Of a stretch of DNA of 64,000 nucleotides, positions 12,794 to 26,910 are shown piece by piece (position 1 is the stretch's first letter; the number at the start of each line of letters is the position of its first letter). The position numbers were made by a program, and so were the translations under genes. The notes beneath the pieces are model-generated. The model was not told the DNA's origin. It made no database searches and worked only from the letters and a program-made list of their open reading frames with translations. The DNA is from Takakia lepidozioides (lineage: Eukaryota > Plantae > Bryophyta), in NCBI GenBank assembly GCA_030704615.1, contig CM060732.1:38688001-38752000 (forward strand). Reading direction: 5' to 3'.

Positions 12794-15700
12794 CATGCTT
12801 TGACCCCAATGGCATTTGATCATTCAGAGCGGAGATTGCTGATTGGAGGCGAGGATGGCAGTCTTCGCATGTGGAATTTCAACAATGGCCAGTGCCTGAA
12901 AGAGTTTCATGGCTTTGGACAGGTCTGGATCCTTTTAGTATCTTACAGGAGAGATTGGTGTGAAAGAAAAGTGGAAGGAAAGGATAGATCTACACATTTA
13001 CAAGAACCTGAAGTGTAATCTCCTCAGGAACACATGCAGTTCTCTACGACTTAAAAGAGCTGTCTGACTCAGGGAAACTCCTCATACACCAAGAAGTGGA
13101 CACTGCATAGTTTTCTATACCTACGTAAGACCCCACTATTACTGCTACACTTAAAGCTCTTATTATTTTCAAGATGTAATTCTTCAAACTGTATGGCTGT
13201 TCAGAATGAAATAAGTGGAGTGACTTGTTTGTGCGTGGGAAAAGTTCTATTTGCAGCTGCAGCAGGCTGGAATAAGAAGGTAGACATACTCTCTCTATTT
13301 ACGGATGCTCCTCAGTAGAATCATGAGCTGTTTTTGCTTGTAATCTCACTAGCTCCATGTTGTTCCCACAATAGGCTTGGATCGTTGCTTTCAATGAAGC
13401 CAAGTGCCAATTTGTGTGATTTATGAGTGGTTCGCGTCAAAGAGGAAGCAATATGAAGTCTGATCTGGGGTATTGTCTAGTTCCCCACCAAAAAACAAGG
13501 CAAAGAAAATGATCAAGAAGTGCACTCAAGGTAGATGTGACAATATGGGAGTGATTCATTTCATAAAGAGATGACAAGCCCTGTGGCGTTGTCTTGCAAA
13601 GATGTGGGCAGGATGGTGCTGGATGAGGTGCTTTCTTCTTGTCACAGAAAAAAGTAACCTGACTAAGCTTTGACACAATGTCAACATTGGAAGCTGTAAA
13701 AAAATTACCAACCCTGACAATCTGGTTCAGTGATTATGATTGATTTGACTGCTCTAGGGGAATAGATATATTCTACTCTGTAATATGCGTTGAATCTGTC
13801 TGCATAGGTGTGCATATGGGGAGACGGGTCAAGGAAGCGCGAATATGTCGATAAAAGCATGAAAGGTCACACAGACACTGTTGTTTGCATTGTTTTCTGC
13901 GCACCCACCTTGGTAATGGAAAGGTGCTCTTTCAACGTCCGCATCTGATGTACATCTGAAACGAAACTATCGGCCCATTCCACGTTTCTGTTGGCAGTTT
14001 TATCATCTTCTGTGACCATCCGATCTCATACATTTGCCGTCTGGATCCATTAGACACCATGCCATCAAAGGAACTTCTAATGACTAGGAAGAGGTAAGCC
14101 AAAAACTTCTAGTACATCTTTCAATTTCACTGCTTGTCAGTCTTGAATAATGAAATGAAGCATATCTTGAGTAACTTATTCCCTACATGTTGCAGGTGAT
14201 AGTATGGAAGCTAGATGGAATGATAATACGTACACTGCGACCTCCTGAACATGAGCCGAAGGACATGGAGTACAAGACCATTTTGAGCTCGATCTTTTGT
14301 AATAACTTGGTATGCATAACATCAATATTCCATCAGTGCTTTCACATAATCAATTTGGTCAGAAAATACATGGAAAGATTGTTTCATAGCAAATTGGAGG
14401 ATGAGAAGACATCTTAGCTTGCCTGCCCGGTTACAGTAACAGCAGATATATGATACAGGAGTTGCCTTGTGCTCGATGGTCTGAATATTTATACGCATAC
14501 GAATGTCACTTATTAGCTTATTAGCTAGTAACTCTCCTTCGAAGCCCACCAGCCCCCCATAAAAAAGGGGGCTTACTCTTGCCAAAGCAAGCGTAAATCT
14601 TGGTGTCGCTAACCCCGAAGGGCTACTACTTTCCCTTTGGCACCTTTTAACGATCATCACCATCACCGGGGCAACACAATTGCCCAAACCTCCCCTAAGG
14701 ACTTGAAAGTCCCCAAGCACCCACACATGTGGTACTTGGCCAGTTGACCCAGTGACCCCCCTTTTATAGTCGGGTTGGTCATAATGGGTGACATCCAACA
14801 TAGACCTATGTGGCTTTGAACCCTTGACCGCCTGTAAGGCGACCTTTCTAACCACTCGCCATTTGTTGGATGCTAGCCAACCAGCACTACAATGGTGCGA
14901 GCTAGTTTCTCTTTGTGGTCCTCTTAGCAGGCATTTAGTAGAAGTCCTTCATTTACTACACAGATTTGAATTACCCTGATGAAGAAATGATCGGGTGGGG
15001 TTGGATCCGGAAAGAATCGAACATTGGTTGGATCAGTTGCAGATGGGTGGCTCCGATTTTGGCGCTTGCATGATGGAGAACTGGTGAACCCTCTCACTTG
15101 ACTGGGTTTATGAGTAACTTTTGACAGATGCCTTCACAAATCTGGACAGTACTCCAGCAAGAGTGATAGTTGTATAACAAAAGAGTATCTTTTCCCAATC
15201 TGATGCTGTGGACCTGGCATGAAGAACATCAGTTTGAGCATTTTGCTATATCATTTGCTTTAGGATTCCCATAAAAAACAATATAACCTTAGAACTACTG
15301 AGCTGATTACTCTGATCAGACCATACAAATATTTGCTAAGGAGCTTGGAATGACTTCATCGATACTGATGTCGTCTGTGTGTACTTCGGAAAAGCTGCAC
15401 GAGCTCTTTACCAGCAATTATGGTGGAGTTGGCCCTATTGTTGCTGATTCTGACTGCAAGGTAAACTCTGCGCACCCCCTCTAATGTGCTATTTCTTTCA
15501 ACCCTTGTCACTGTTCTGTTGCACGTGATTGGAGATTTTGATGGTCTATGATGTCAGCAAGATGCAGTGGAGACATTTTCATGACCAATAGCAGTAGATA
15601 ATTGGCTTTTGCTGCACGCTTATTATCAATCATTTGGCTGATGGTTGCTCATCAACTATTATCTCAATGGTCATCTCTTGAATAAAATCGCTATACACCC

Positions 15701-18400
15701 GTACTCCACAGGTTATCTGAAGTGCTCCACTCAAATTATCACAGCACTCGCATCCCCAAATCATCACACCTAAGGAGTGTCAAGTCTGTGGGGAAAGTAA
15801 TAACCCAGCCTGGTGTAAGTGACTAGCACCCACCCCTCTCCCTGACCTATGCATGATGGTGTGAAATGACACGTCCTTTTCTCGTGTGACAGCAAGGGCT
15901 ATGTCAAGGCTTGGAATTTGACCAATTGCCATTTTAAGAAAGAGGACACATCACTTTCCACAACACCACAGCTCTTCAGGTTTCGGGCCCACCATGAAAA
16001 TATTGTGAGGTGTCTTCCACTCATTTTCAATTTTGCTGACTTGTATACATCTCACTTGTAACCAACATCCAGTTGCTTGTGCTATTATAGTGCTGAACTT
16101 ATCTGTTAGAAAGTGCCAACAAGTATGTGGTCTCTCTCTTTCTGTATCCACCACGCTTTGTTTGTTCTCTTGAGATCAAGTCTATTTCAGAGGTCACAAT
16201 ACATGTGCAGAGGTTAAGGGTTCTTGCATTTGGGGACATCAAAAAGTCTCACCACTGGTTTCTAGTCACGAGTTGAGTAGCTTAATTGCTTAAATTTCCA
16301 TGTCATTATATATAGTTAATTTTGTATAGACTCTCCCTCAGATTTTGTATGTAGGTGAGCATACAATTTGTGGACAAAGAGCGTTTGCTCATAACTTGTT
16401 CACATTATGGCACCATGTACGTATTTTGGCATCCTTCTATACATGTTTTCACTAGGATGCATGCCAATTAGGTCATCGATGGATGGTGTGGACGAACACA
16501 TCCATGATACTGTGCCACGTGGTTGTTAAGAGCGGTTAAATGCTAAGGCGGACAAGAAGTAGCATTACTTTGCATGGAGATGCCTCTCTTATGACCAGCA
16601 GATCACATAATTATGAAAATATATTCTCTCAAACTCCATGCTACCAAAGTGTGACATGGTCAAATTTGTCAAATGTGGCATATTCAGCCGCCTCTGGAGC
16701 TCAGTTGGGATTCGTATGGGTCAATTTGGGCAACCGACGTTATGGAATATATCAAGCCCGGCCTCATGGCAAACTCGAGAGCCTTCATACCTTGCTCAAC
16801 CTTTAACCAGACAACCTCTGGAAGGAGTGGTATCACATGTCCGAGTTCCTATCCGGACAAGTGTTAGCCGTGGTTCAAGAGTGAGCATCAATTTGGGAAC
16901 CCCACGTCGCTCAACACTGTCAGCTGTGAGTCGTGGGAGCATTGATGAGTCATCATCAACTACAGAAACTGAGTCAAGTGGGGCAGAGAGTGCCAAATTG
17001 GCACCCATCTCTGAGGAAGAAGTTAAGAGGTAGGTGTTGACTGTATGTTTGAATTATCGAAATTTTATTTTTGTATCCTGTCTGATGAGTCTCCTACTGA
17101 GGTTAGTCGGCAGTCTTCGCTAACTGAATCGCTCAGACAATATTTCAAGTCCTTTTTAGGATCTTAGGACATTTGTGTTTTCTCAAAGAGACAACCTTGC
17201 GGTAGACACGGATACTGCTAACATGCCTGGTTATGGAACCATCAGACAATTTGATGCAAAAAAAGCAGCAGTTTTGGAGCTGGGTCCACCTCACTTGAGA
17301 CTCGAGAGTTGGTTTGCCCCTTTGCAAGCTGCCTATGAACGTCAGCTGCCCATCAAGGTGCGTATGAACACTGTTTTCCTTCAAGGCTTTGTTCGTACCA
17401 GCACTAAAATGACTACTACTTCCCCACGTTCTTGGCATACAGTTTGTGAATTCTCAAATACATTAAGGCATCAAAGGCATCAGCGGGTAGGCTGGTTGGC
17501 GATTTTCTATGATCTTAGTATGTGGTTCCTATGATTCCAGTCACATCTGCATTCACAATGGCATTAGTTAATGATATCTGAAAATCAATCTCTAGCTGCT
17601 ATCACATGTTCATTCTCATTGAACTTGTGTTGAGGAAAACAGAAACCCGTTACTTCCTTACCAGGCATCACCACTTGCACACTGTTATCGTATCCTTTGT
17701 GGACAATGTCACCAAATGCCTTATCATATATTTAGTATCCCTCTCACAGAGCTTGCACACCGTGCATGATCCACTTAAGTGTTGTCTGAACAGCAGCCCA
17801 CTTCTTTCCCGTTTCCCAAGATCTGGACATGTTTTTCCTTACCCCAATATCTGGACTGTACATGTCTCAGCATGAGTCCAGCAAGCTTGAGAGTGCATGA
17901 AACCCAAAATATGTGGCATCCTGATGAGGATAATGATTTCATTTCCCTCCAGTCTCATCTGACCAGCAGTAGCTCGATGAGGTGTTGATCAATTAAATGA
18001 AGAAAGCTGTTGTATGACTAGAACCAGCTTATGGTGTAAAGGTAAGTGATTTATAGAGCATGTACTGTAACCTTGAATGAAAAAGTGCCCACTTCCAGTA
18101 GCCTGAAGGGTTCAGGAGGCACAACCTTATCATTTCGCATTTATTCTGCTATCGTGAGTTTGCAATTGAAAAGTTGCAGGACCAAGAGCTGAGACAATAT
18201 GGAAGAGATTAATGGATGACGTTGTAAGAGCGGCTCTCGTTGGTGACTGACTGTATGTGAGCAGGATTTGTTGACTTTAGGCCCATTGTTGCCTCCCAAC
18301 ATTTCTGATACTGCCAAAGACAAAGCCATTCTGATAGCCGCCGAGAGAAACATTGCAACTCTAGTCAGCACCACCAGCACTCGCAGCAAAAAGAAGACCA
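12794..18400 (+). CDS. 3' part of a multi-exon WD40-repeat protein, WDR49/WDR95-like (cilia-associated type); possibly decaying
   Basis: Clean phase-0 exons: 12794-12922 (MAFDHSERRLLIGGEDGSLRMWNFNNGQCLKEF), 13205-13279 (AGWNKK) and 13808-13912 (KGHTDTVVCIVFC). Further exon-like segments near 14196 (VIVWKLDG), 15892 (GYVKAWNL), 16355 (VSIQFVDKERLLITCS), 16688-17029 (RLWSSVGIRMGQFGQPTLW), 17175-17357 and 18268-18400. Some internal exons look damaged. Confidence 0.65.
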
Positions 18401-19480
18401 AAATTGTACTGATCTCCCTCTTTATCCCTTTGGGCTTTCACATGTGTTCTTGTCCGCTAAGCTTTTTGGACGTTCCATTGACATCACAATGTGCCATTCT
18501 TTCCACCTTTCTTTCTTTTTTTCTGAATGCTTTGTTGGTAGGGGAGATGTGAGGATGTAAACATGAAAATGCCCGGAGAATAAGCTCTCAAACGGGCGTG
18601 TATATCAACCATTCATTTTATGCTTGCAGTGGATTTGAATCTGTTTTTGTTTGTGTTGGTCAGGCACTCTATATTACAGGGGAATTTGGAAAAATGTTCT
18701 AACAATCTCCAGAGAGGTCGTGAGTGGGCATGAAATGGCTGAAGGAGAGAAATCAAAGGAATGCAGTTTTCTTTTCTTTTTTCTAAAAATTCGTTGACAA
18801 AAGAGATTGAAGTTTTCATTGTTGACACTTGCAATGCACACGCATCACCTGCAAGACCTGCAAAGAATGAGATCTCAATTGACTAAGTCTATTCTTTTCG
18901 CTGATGATGTGTGGTAAGAGATGAGGGGCAAGGCAGTGGTAAAGCTCGTGGCGCAACTCAACAACCGTCAACAAAACCGCGACCTTGGTTGAGATAAGAA
19001 GGCAGTTGGAACCTTTGTTGGACAGTATTGCAGAATGTCATGCAACCTTGTGACTATGAGGTGCGATTGCAGCGAAGCTGGGATCCCCTGATATCAGCTG
19101 TAGTATGGCATGCCATCCCCCTGCCACTCCTGTCACTCTTCACACATATACAGCCTTCCCTCAGCTTACAGCTCTTGTGATGGAGGTCAAACCCTTTGTC
19201 AGTCAGCATCTGGACTCCACGCGTTTGTCAAATTGAAATTTTTCATTACGTCGGTGGACAAATCGATCCATGGGGAACGGGGGGCGGGTTCCACTTCATG
19301 TGATCCAAAAAAGAATTTTCTTACTGCATGTTATTCAGGTTCTCGGGAGAAGAAGAGTCTTCAACGTCATCCTCATTTCATATTCGTTTGTCTCAGACTT
19401 GTAAAATAGAGGAAGCGGGCACCAGTTGATGTCATGACAAGCGGGTCACTGTTTGTTTCCAAGGAGTCTTATGCACTAAA

Positions 19481-19920
19481 CCAATTGAAAATAAAGTTGA
19501 AAAAGATATCATATAAACAACATTGATAATCCAAATCCAAATCTGCTTGTTGTATAAAAAATGAGCCACAATCATTACACCGGTCAAATGAATCTTGAAA
19601 TGAAATAAAAGTTCATCTTCTCATAAAACTTCAATTCTCCCCATGTATCTGGACATACATTCTTCTTGCGCGAAACACTGAAAACACGGGATGTGTGTAT
19701 GTGACACCATGCAGAAACCTAACCTTTTTTGTGAAAATTGAATGTAGTTCTCCGAATTCGTCACTAGTAGTGCGGAGCGACGCGAAGCCCTAGTTCTAGC
19801 GATGACCGAAGGTCGGAAGCTAGTTTAATGTAGAGCAGGAATAGGGTGCCATAGTGCCACGTTATCGTCGCCACGTTTCGTAGTCAAAGTTTTTGGAATC
19901 TGCCCACATTGCCCGCCCAA
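19481..19920 (+). repeat. Segmental-duplication block, copy 1 (upstream of PPR locus 1)
   Basis: 19481-19600 is nearly identical to 26945-27058, and 19794-19920 matches 30773-30900. Confidence 0.85.
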
Positions 19921-21116
19921 AAAATGCCAATAGAACTCGCCACGCCAAGTTTTTCGGAATTGCCCGGACTGCCCGGTTCTTGATCTTCTTGAATTGCAGG
20001 AAGAGTTTCACGCAGATGGAGACATTGCAGATTATGAGTACAACTAGGAACTCTCGATATGGTGGGACAACCGCAATCGCAAGGTGTGGCTTTTCTTAAT
20101 GTACGATGCAAAGAAGTTTGTCCATCCTGCAAAATGTGGGCTCTTAGTACCATGATTTGATATTCTTCCTGATGTTTACAAGGTTCTTGGGAGAGTCAGC
20201 TTGGTCTTAGTAGGCCGTGTTTCAATCTCTGCCCGCTCAGCTGCACCGTGGTGGTTTCACAGACCAATCCAAAATCACTGGACTACAGACACAAGTAGCA
20301 CACACAAGAGGTCCTTTTGGGTTGATGGTCGGTCAAATCTATGGGTCATGACACAAGGTCAAGGACAACGTGGCGAGGGCACCTTCTTCTTCGACCTATT
20401 TCAGTCTGTTTTGCCTTCTCATCAGACTCGGCGGCCCTGAGATGCATATTGATTTCTGTAAGCTAGCTTTTTGGGTGGATCTGTGGAGGTTTGGAGTGAC
20501 TTTGACAAGTTACTGCCGATGTGGCAGCAGGAAAGTATCGAAAAACAGATAACTGAGACGAGGAGAAGCTCTGGAATGAATACGTTTCCGACCCCAGTCA
20601 ATGGTGAAGCAATGAGCTTAAAAATGCTCTGGAGTTCTTCTCGGATCCTTCACAGTGGTGCAAGAACAGGTTGAGAAGGTGATGCCATCTTCACGTGGAA
20701 TTTGTCACAGAGGGCTTGTAAAGAGCTTTTCAAAGAAGCAAAGAACGTTGTCCCCTGTTATTAGAATAGTTTTAGATTTTTTGTAGCCTAGTCTGTTCAA
20801 GTAAACTATGGCTGCTCAGTTAGCTACTTGTTGGTTTTACAGCAAAGTTTGAGATCAGTGTACCTCAGTCACCAGTGCACAAAGGAAAGCCTTTGCATAA
20901 AAAAATGGTCGAACCCTCCTTGGGTGAAAGCGGAGCTGACGACCTTTATACCTTGTCAAACATATTCTGCTTATGATTCTACTGTTGATGTACACCTTGG
21001 CACTCAATGTCAGGAATCCAAAAGGTATTGTCTTTGAGATTTCCAACTAAAACAGATGGAATTGCTACAACTATTTTCAAAACATTTTTAAGAATCCTGC
21101 TCTAGAGATCATTCAT

Positions 21117-24100
21117 TTGAGTATTTTGTCAGAGATTGGCGACATCAGTACTTTGGAGTCATGCAGGCTGGCAGGGTTGGATCAGGCTCAATTGTTTGCT
21201 GGACAAGGAGTGCATCAACCTGAAAAAACTAGAAGAGGGAAAGCAGGTGCATGCCCATATTATTCAAAGAGGACCCAAGCCAACCATCTTTCTACTCAAC
21301 AACGTTATCAACATGTACATCAAGTGCGGGAGCCTGTTGGACGCACGCCAAGTATTCCATCAAATGTCTGAACGAGACATTCATACATGGACGAAGATGA
21401 TGGCAGGTTGTGTCAAGCATGGACATGTTGAGGAGGCTCTCAAAATCTATGAGCAATTGCGACACGAAGGCGTGACACCAAACAGGGTCACATTCACTTG
21501 CGTCCTCAATGGTTGTGCCAGCGTAGGAGCCCTGGAAAGGGGCAAAGAGGTTCATGCTGATATCCTTAAAGCTGAATTGCATCTGATATCATTTTGGAGA
21601 ATACCCTTGTTGACATGTATGCCAAATGTGGAAGCATGAATGATGCACATCAACTGTTTGATAATACGGCTGAACGGAATGTGGTGTCATGGAGTGCAAT
21701 CATTGCTGGATGTGCCCAGCATGGTCATGGTATTGAGACCCTGCATCTCTTTGAACGCATGCAACAGTAGGGCATGCAGCCAAACAGTATCACTTTTATA
21801 TCTCTTCTCTCTGTGTGTATTCATGTGGGCCTGGTGGATGAAGGCCTTCACTACGGTTGTCTATCTCTTGCTTAAGTGCATCAAGATGAAAGGTCTGGAA
21901 GCTGGAAAGCAGGTGCACACTCACATTATCCAAAGTGGATTCACGCCAAGGATGCAAAGGGAGTTTTCACCACTATGGCTGAACAAGATGTTGTGTCGTG
22001 GCACGCGATGCACAGCAGAGACGTGGGATGGTGGCTTTGGATACCTATGATCAAATGATTGGGGAAGGGGTGAAGCCCAACCACATCACGTTTGTGCGCA
22101 TTTGCAAGCTTGGCAGCCCTGGAAAAGGGCAAAGATGTGCATGGTTGCATCGCAAAAGCTTGGAAGTACCAGAAGTCATTCGGAATCATACCTCGTGGAC
22201 ATGTATGCAAATGTCGGAGGCATTTCAGCAGATCAGATACGTTGGTCTGTCTTTGCTTAAGTGCATCAAGATGCAAGGTCTGGAAGCTGCGAAAGCACGG
22301 TGCACACCACATTATCCAAAGTGGATTTCACGCACGTGTTTTTCTCCTCACACACCCCTCTGTCAACATGTCAAACCTGGGAGCTCTGGAAAGGGAAAGG
22401 AGGAAAGAGGTCCATGGTGACATCGTCAGAGCTGGAATGACCCGATGTCCTTCTGAACATGCCCTGGTGGACATTTATGCCAATGGGGGCATTAAGGAGC
22501 GAAGGGAGTTTTCAACACTATGGTTGAACGAGATTGGTGTCATGGAAGACGATGCTTGCAGGGTATTGCACAACAAGAGGTGGTATGAAGGCTTTGGAAG
22601 CCATGATCAAATGATGGGGGAAGGGGGTGAAGCGCCGACCACATCACATTTGTGGCATTTGCGATGCGTGTGAAGCTGGCAGCTTGGAAAGGGCGAAGGG
22701 TACCTGGGACATTGTAGGAGCAGCTGCAATTGTACCAAGTGTCATTATGATAATACCCTCGTGGACAGGTATGAAGGGAGGTTCGACAGTATGGCTGAAT
22801 GAGATGTGGTGTGTTGTGGAGTGCGATGATGGATATTCACAGCACGGGCGCGGGATGGAGGCTTTGGAGACCTCCGAGAAATGATGCGCGAAGGGGTGAA
22901 GCCCAACCGCATAAAGTTTCTTGCATGGCAATGCGTTGTGCAAGCATGCAGCCCTGAAAGGTGCACAGAGGTCCAGGGTGACATGTCAATCTGGACAATT
23001 GTACACGATGTCATTGACACTGCCTTGCTGGACTGTATGTCAAATGTGAGTGCATCGAGGATGCGAAGAGTGTTCGCAGTATGGCTGAATGAGATGTAGG
23101 TCGTGGAGTGCGATGATTGCGGATATGCACAGCAATGGGGCGGGATGGAGGCTTTGAAGACTATGAGCAATTGATGTGCGAAGGGTGAAGCCCAACCCCC
23201 TACATTTGTTTGTGTTGCAATGCTGTGTGCAAGCCTGGGAGCTCATGGGAAAGGGGAAAGAGGTCCATTGGTGACATCGTACAAAGCTGGATTTGTACCA
23301 GATGTCATCCTGGTGGACATGTATGCCAAATGTGGGTGCTAAGGATGCGAAGGGAGTTTTCAACACTATGGCTGAACAAGATGTTGGTGTCATGGAACGC
23401 GATGCTTGCAGGGTATGCACAGCAGAGGCATGGGGATGGAGGCTTTGGAGACCTATGAGCACAAGATGGGGGAAGGGTGTGAAGTCCGACCACATCACGT
23501 TTGTGTGCGTTTGTAGTGCGTGTGCAAGCCTGGCAGCCCTGGAAAAGGGCAAAGAGGTGCATGGTTCTCATCGCCAAAGCTGGAATTGTCCCAGATGCTG
23601 ATCTGGCACTACCCCTCGTGGACATGTATCCAAATGTGGAGCATGAGGATGCGGAGGGAGGTGTTCAACAATATGGCTTGAACGAGATTTGTATGTTCTG
23701 GAACGCGATGCTTGCAGGATATGCACGCAGGCGGGGTGGGATGGAGGACTTGGAGACCTATGAGCAAATGAGGGGGGAAGGGGTGAAGCACGACACATCA
23801 CTTTGTGTTGTTGCAGTGCGTGTTGCATCCCTGGCAGCCTGGAAAATGGCAGGAGGGGGCATGGTTGCGCTGGATTGTACAGATGTGATTATGGACAATA
23901 ACCTGTGGACATGTATGCCAATGTGGGAGCATTGAGGAAGTTCAACAATATGGGAGAACGGAGATTGGTGTCATGGAATGCCTTGCTTGCAGGGTATGCA
24001 CAGCAGGGGCGCAAGATGGAGGCCTTGGAGACCTATGAGCAAATGATGGGGAAGGGGTGAAGTCCGACAACAGACGTTTGTGTGCGTTTGCAAGCTTGTG

Positions 24101-24990
24101 CAAGCCTGGCAGCCCTGGAAAGGGCAAAGAGGTGCATGCGGGAATCCTCAAAGCCTGGAATTGTACCAAATGTCATTATGGACACTGCCTGGTGGAATGT
24201 ATGCGAAATGTGGTGTGCATGTGGAGGATGCAAAGGGAGTATTTGACAATGTGACTGAACGAATTGTGGTGTCGTGAATGCGATGATCGCAGGATATGCC
24301 AGCCATGGTTATCATAGGAGGTCATGCCAACTATTGAAAGAATGTAAAGAAAGGCTTGAAGCCGCGCATATCACCTATTATATGTGTTCTATCGCATGCA
24401 GCCACACTGGACTAGTGAATGAAGGAAGACCCTACTTCGATTCCTGAGTCAAGTCATGTGTTACTCCGACAGTTAAAGCACTTTGGCTGCATGATGGACC
24501 TTCTTGGGACGTGCGGGACAAACTGGATGAGGCAGGGACCTGATTAATAAAATGCCAATTCAATCCAGAGGTTGTGGTGTGGAAGGCCTTGTTGGTGCCT
24601 GCGAAATCCATGGCCAAGTGGAGATGGCTGAATGTGCGGCAACATCTATCCTCAAGTGGGAAATGAACAGGATGCCGCGACCTAGTGTTGCTATCAAACA
24701 TCTATGCTGCAGCTGGCAGGTGGGAGATAATGCAAAGTGAGAAAATGATGAAGGTCCAGAGGGGTTAGAAAGGAGTCGGTCGCTTCTGCATTGAGATTGG
24801 ACAACAGGGTGCACGCCTTCAGAAATCCATGTTGACCTGAGAAGATTGTTTGGGCAGATGAAGGAGGGGGGTATGTGCTGACACGCGCTTTGTATTGCAT
24901 GATGGGGGGAGGAGGAAAGGATTTTTCTCTTTGCCACCACAGTGAGAGCTGGCCATTGGTTTTGGGCTGATCAGCCGACCCTACGACGCC
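21117..24990 (+). pseudogene. Shattered, mosaic PLS-class PPR-E-DYW pseudogene (PPR locus 1)
   Basis: PLS motifs in shifting frames (GKQVHAHIIQ, NMYIKCGS, ACASLAALEKGKEVH), an E motif near 24550-24720, and DYW remnants DTRFVLHD and CHHSE..LAIGFGLIS at about 24880-24975. Indels are very dense. Confidence 0.85.
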
Positions 24991-25289
24991 CCTCCTCCAC
25001 TGAATTTACAATTGCGATCAAACATCTATGCTGCAGCTGGCAGGTGGGATCCATCTGAGGCAGCAGAATGTTCTCTCTGCATTTCCGCGCCTAACAACAA
25101 GCTGTAGGTCCCATCACATTTCACATGAGCTTGTTCTTCCTTGTACAACAATTTGACACATAGAATATAGTTTATATAAACTACATTTATGTGCTAATCT
25201 CTTTCTCAAAAGATGCAGAGAGGAACGGGAGATTGGAATGCCCAATGTGAGGGTGGCCTGAAGACAATATCCATTTTCTGCTACCCTCT

Positions 25290-25480
25290 CTAAATGTGTT
25301 TCCAGTCTGTGACATGGGAGAGGCCAACATAGATAACCTCAAGGGTTTACCCACCCTCGGCACTAGACTGAAATTTAAAACGGGGCAGGAAGCCTACCTT
25401 TGAACAGCAACAGATGCAGTGAGGAAAGAGGGATTGCAATTGCCCGTTGTGTGGCAACTTGAAGACACAGGGAAGCATTG
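25290..25480 (+). mobile_element. Short LINE fragment, same family as 35150-36110
   Basis: TGTTTCCAGTCTGTGACATGGGAGAGGCC...GGATTGCAATTGCCCGTTGTGTGG is shared with 35572-35735. Confidence 0.75.
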
Positions 25481-26201
25481 TGGCGTGCCCACAATCTTGG
25501 CGGAAACAAGAGCAAACTTTGTGAGGGGCTCACTCCAGTAACAATACATCAACATGACTCGAATATTCATAATGTGAGTAATACGAGACACACTTAAAAC
25601 GGAGTTGGGGGCTTAGGAAATAAGGTCTGGGTCACTGATAATGCTGCCTTGTTTGTACTTCAGATTGTTCTTAGTTTTACAGATCAAAGTCCTTCAGAGC
25701 AGTCTAACCTAGGAAGATAGTCACAGAAATTGGATAAAGAACCTGTATGGTAGTTATAGAGCAACTCTTACTTTGGTGTAATTATGAAAAGAGCATTATG
25801 AAGGCCAGCCTTGATCCTACTAATGAATGAAGAAAGAAAGTAGGTGGGTCTCTTTTGAACATGTTAATGACAGCTCATAGAACAAACTTTCAATTTCGAA
25901 GAGAAATATCTTAATTTTTATCAAGACAGATTTTGTTCAAAACAAATTTGTCACTGAGTTTATGTAGGCAACTATTTTCTTAAAGAATGTATCTTTGAAT
26001 TTACTATGGTTATCTATTATATCAAAATGCTAAGTTGTCCACCGTAAACAAATAAAAAACTTGGGCATGTTGTAAACTTCAAAATAATATGGAAAAACAA
26101 AATGTTAATGCGGAGAGGCAGACAAAATAATCGATGAACTCCGATAACAATATGCATTAAATAAAAGACCACCAAGATTTTTCATGAAACCGTGGCATTA
26201 A

Positions 26202-26910
26202 CCCTTAAGTTCCCAAGCGACCTTGCAGTTCGACCTAATTTTTGCAGATCTAATCTGATGGGGCCCACTCCTGAAGCTTTAATTGTCTCGAGTATGATGC
26301 AAAAAACAAAATTAAAAAAAAACAAAAGCTGCAACTTACAAAAAATATTTTAGATCTATCATTTACGTTTTGGGGCCTGAAAAGGGCTGTTGACCGCTGA
26401 CGTGGCAGGTAAACAAGCCCAAAACAGATTGCACTCCAAAGGCCCTTTTGGCAAAAATTAACAAATTTGAAAAAAACACTTCACCTTGTGGTGTGTGAGC
26501 ATTACATACACACATCCACCATTGGCTTTTAAAAAATTTGTAGAACAAAAAGTACTTCATTTGGAGGCACATTTTCTCTTGTCAATTTTGAGATTTCAAC
26601 CCCTATGTAATTGCATGCATAGCAAGCATAGGGGAAAAAATCAGTTGGACCTGCAATTTAGTGGGGTCATAGCCACTCCACTATTGCTTGGAAATGGTGG
26701 GTCTTGGGGCAAGCAAAATTGGATAAAGCTAGGCTTTGATTTGGTCAAAACAATTTCTTTCTCATTTCTTTGGTACCTGATATTTGAGGTCCGGGCCACC
26801 GTTATAATCTCACAATTTCCACGGTGGACTTGGCCATTTTTTGGTACGTGTACTGCAGCTGGGTACCCAAAATTGGTAAAAAGTCAAAAAAGGGCTTGGG
26901 AACTTAAGGG
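26202..26910. mobile_element. Non-autonomous piggyBac-like element (TTAA-targeting MITE)
   Basis: TTAA|CCCTTAAGTTCCCAAGC ... GCTTGGGAACTTAAGGG|TTAA: perfect 17-bp TIRs, CCC...GGG termini, TTAA on both sides; 709 bp, no transposase. Confidence 0.8.

Noticed and set aside
14451-14891. Possible solo LTR (TG...CA, TATA-like box on the minus strand) and 177-aa ORF 14322-14855 in a WD40 intron
   Set aside because: No matching target-site duplication at the candidate ends, and the ORF has no recognisable motif.
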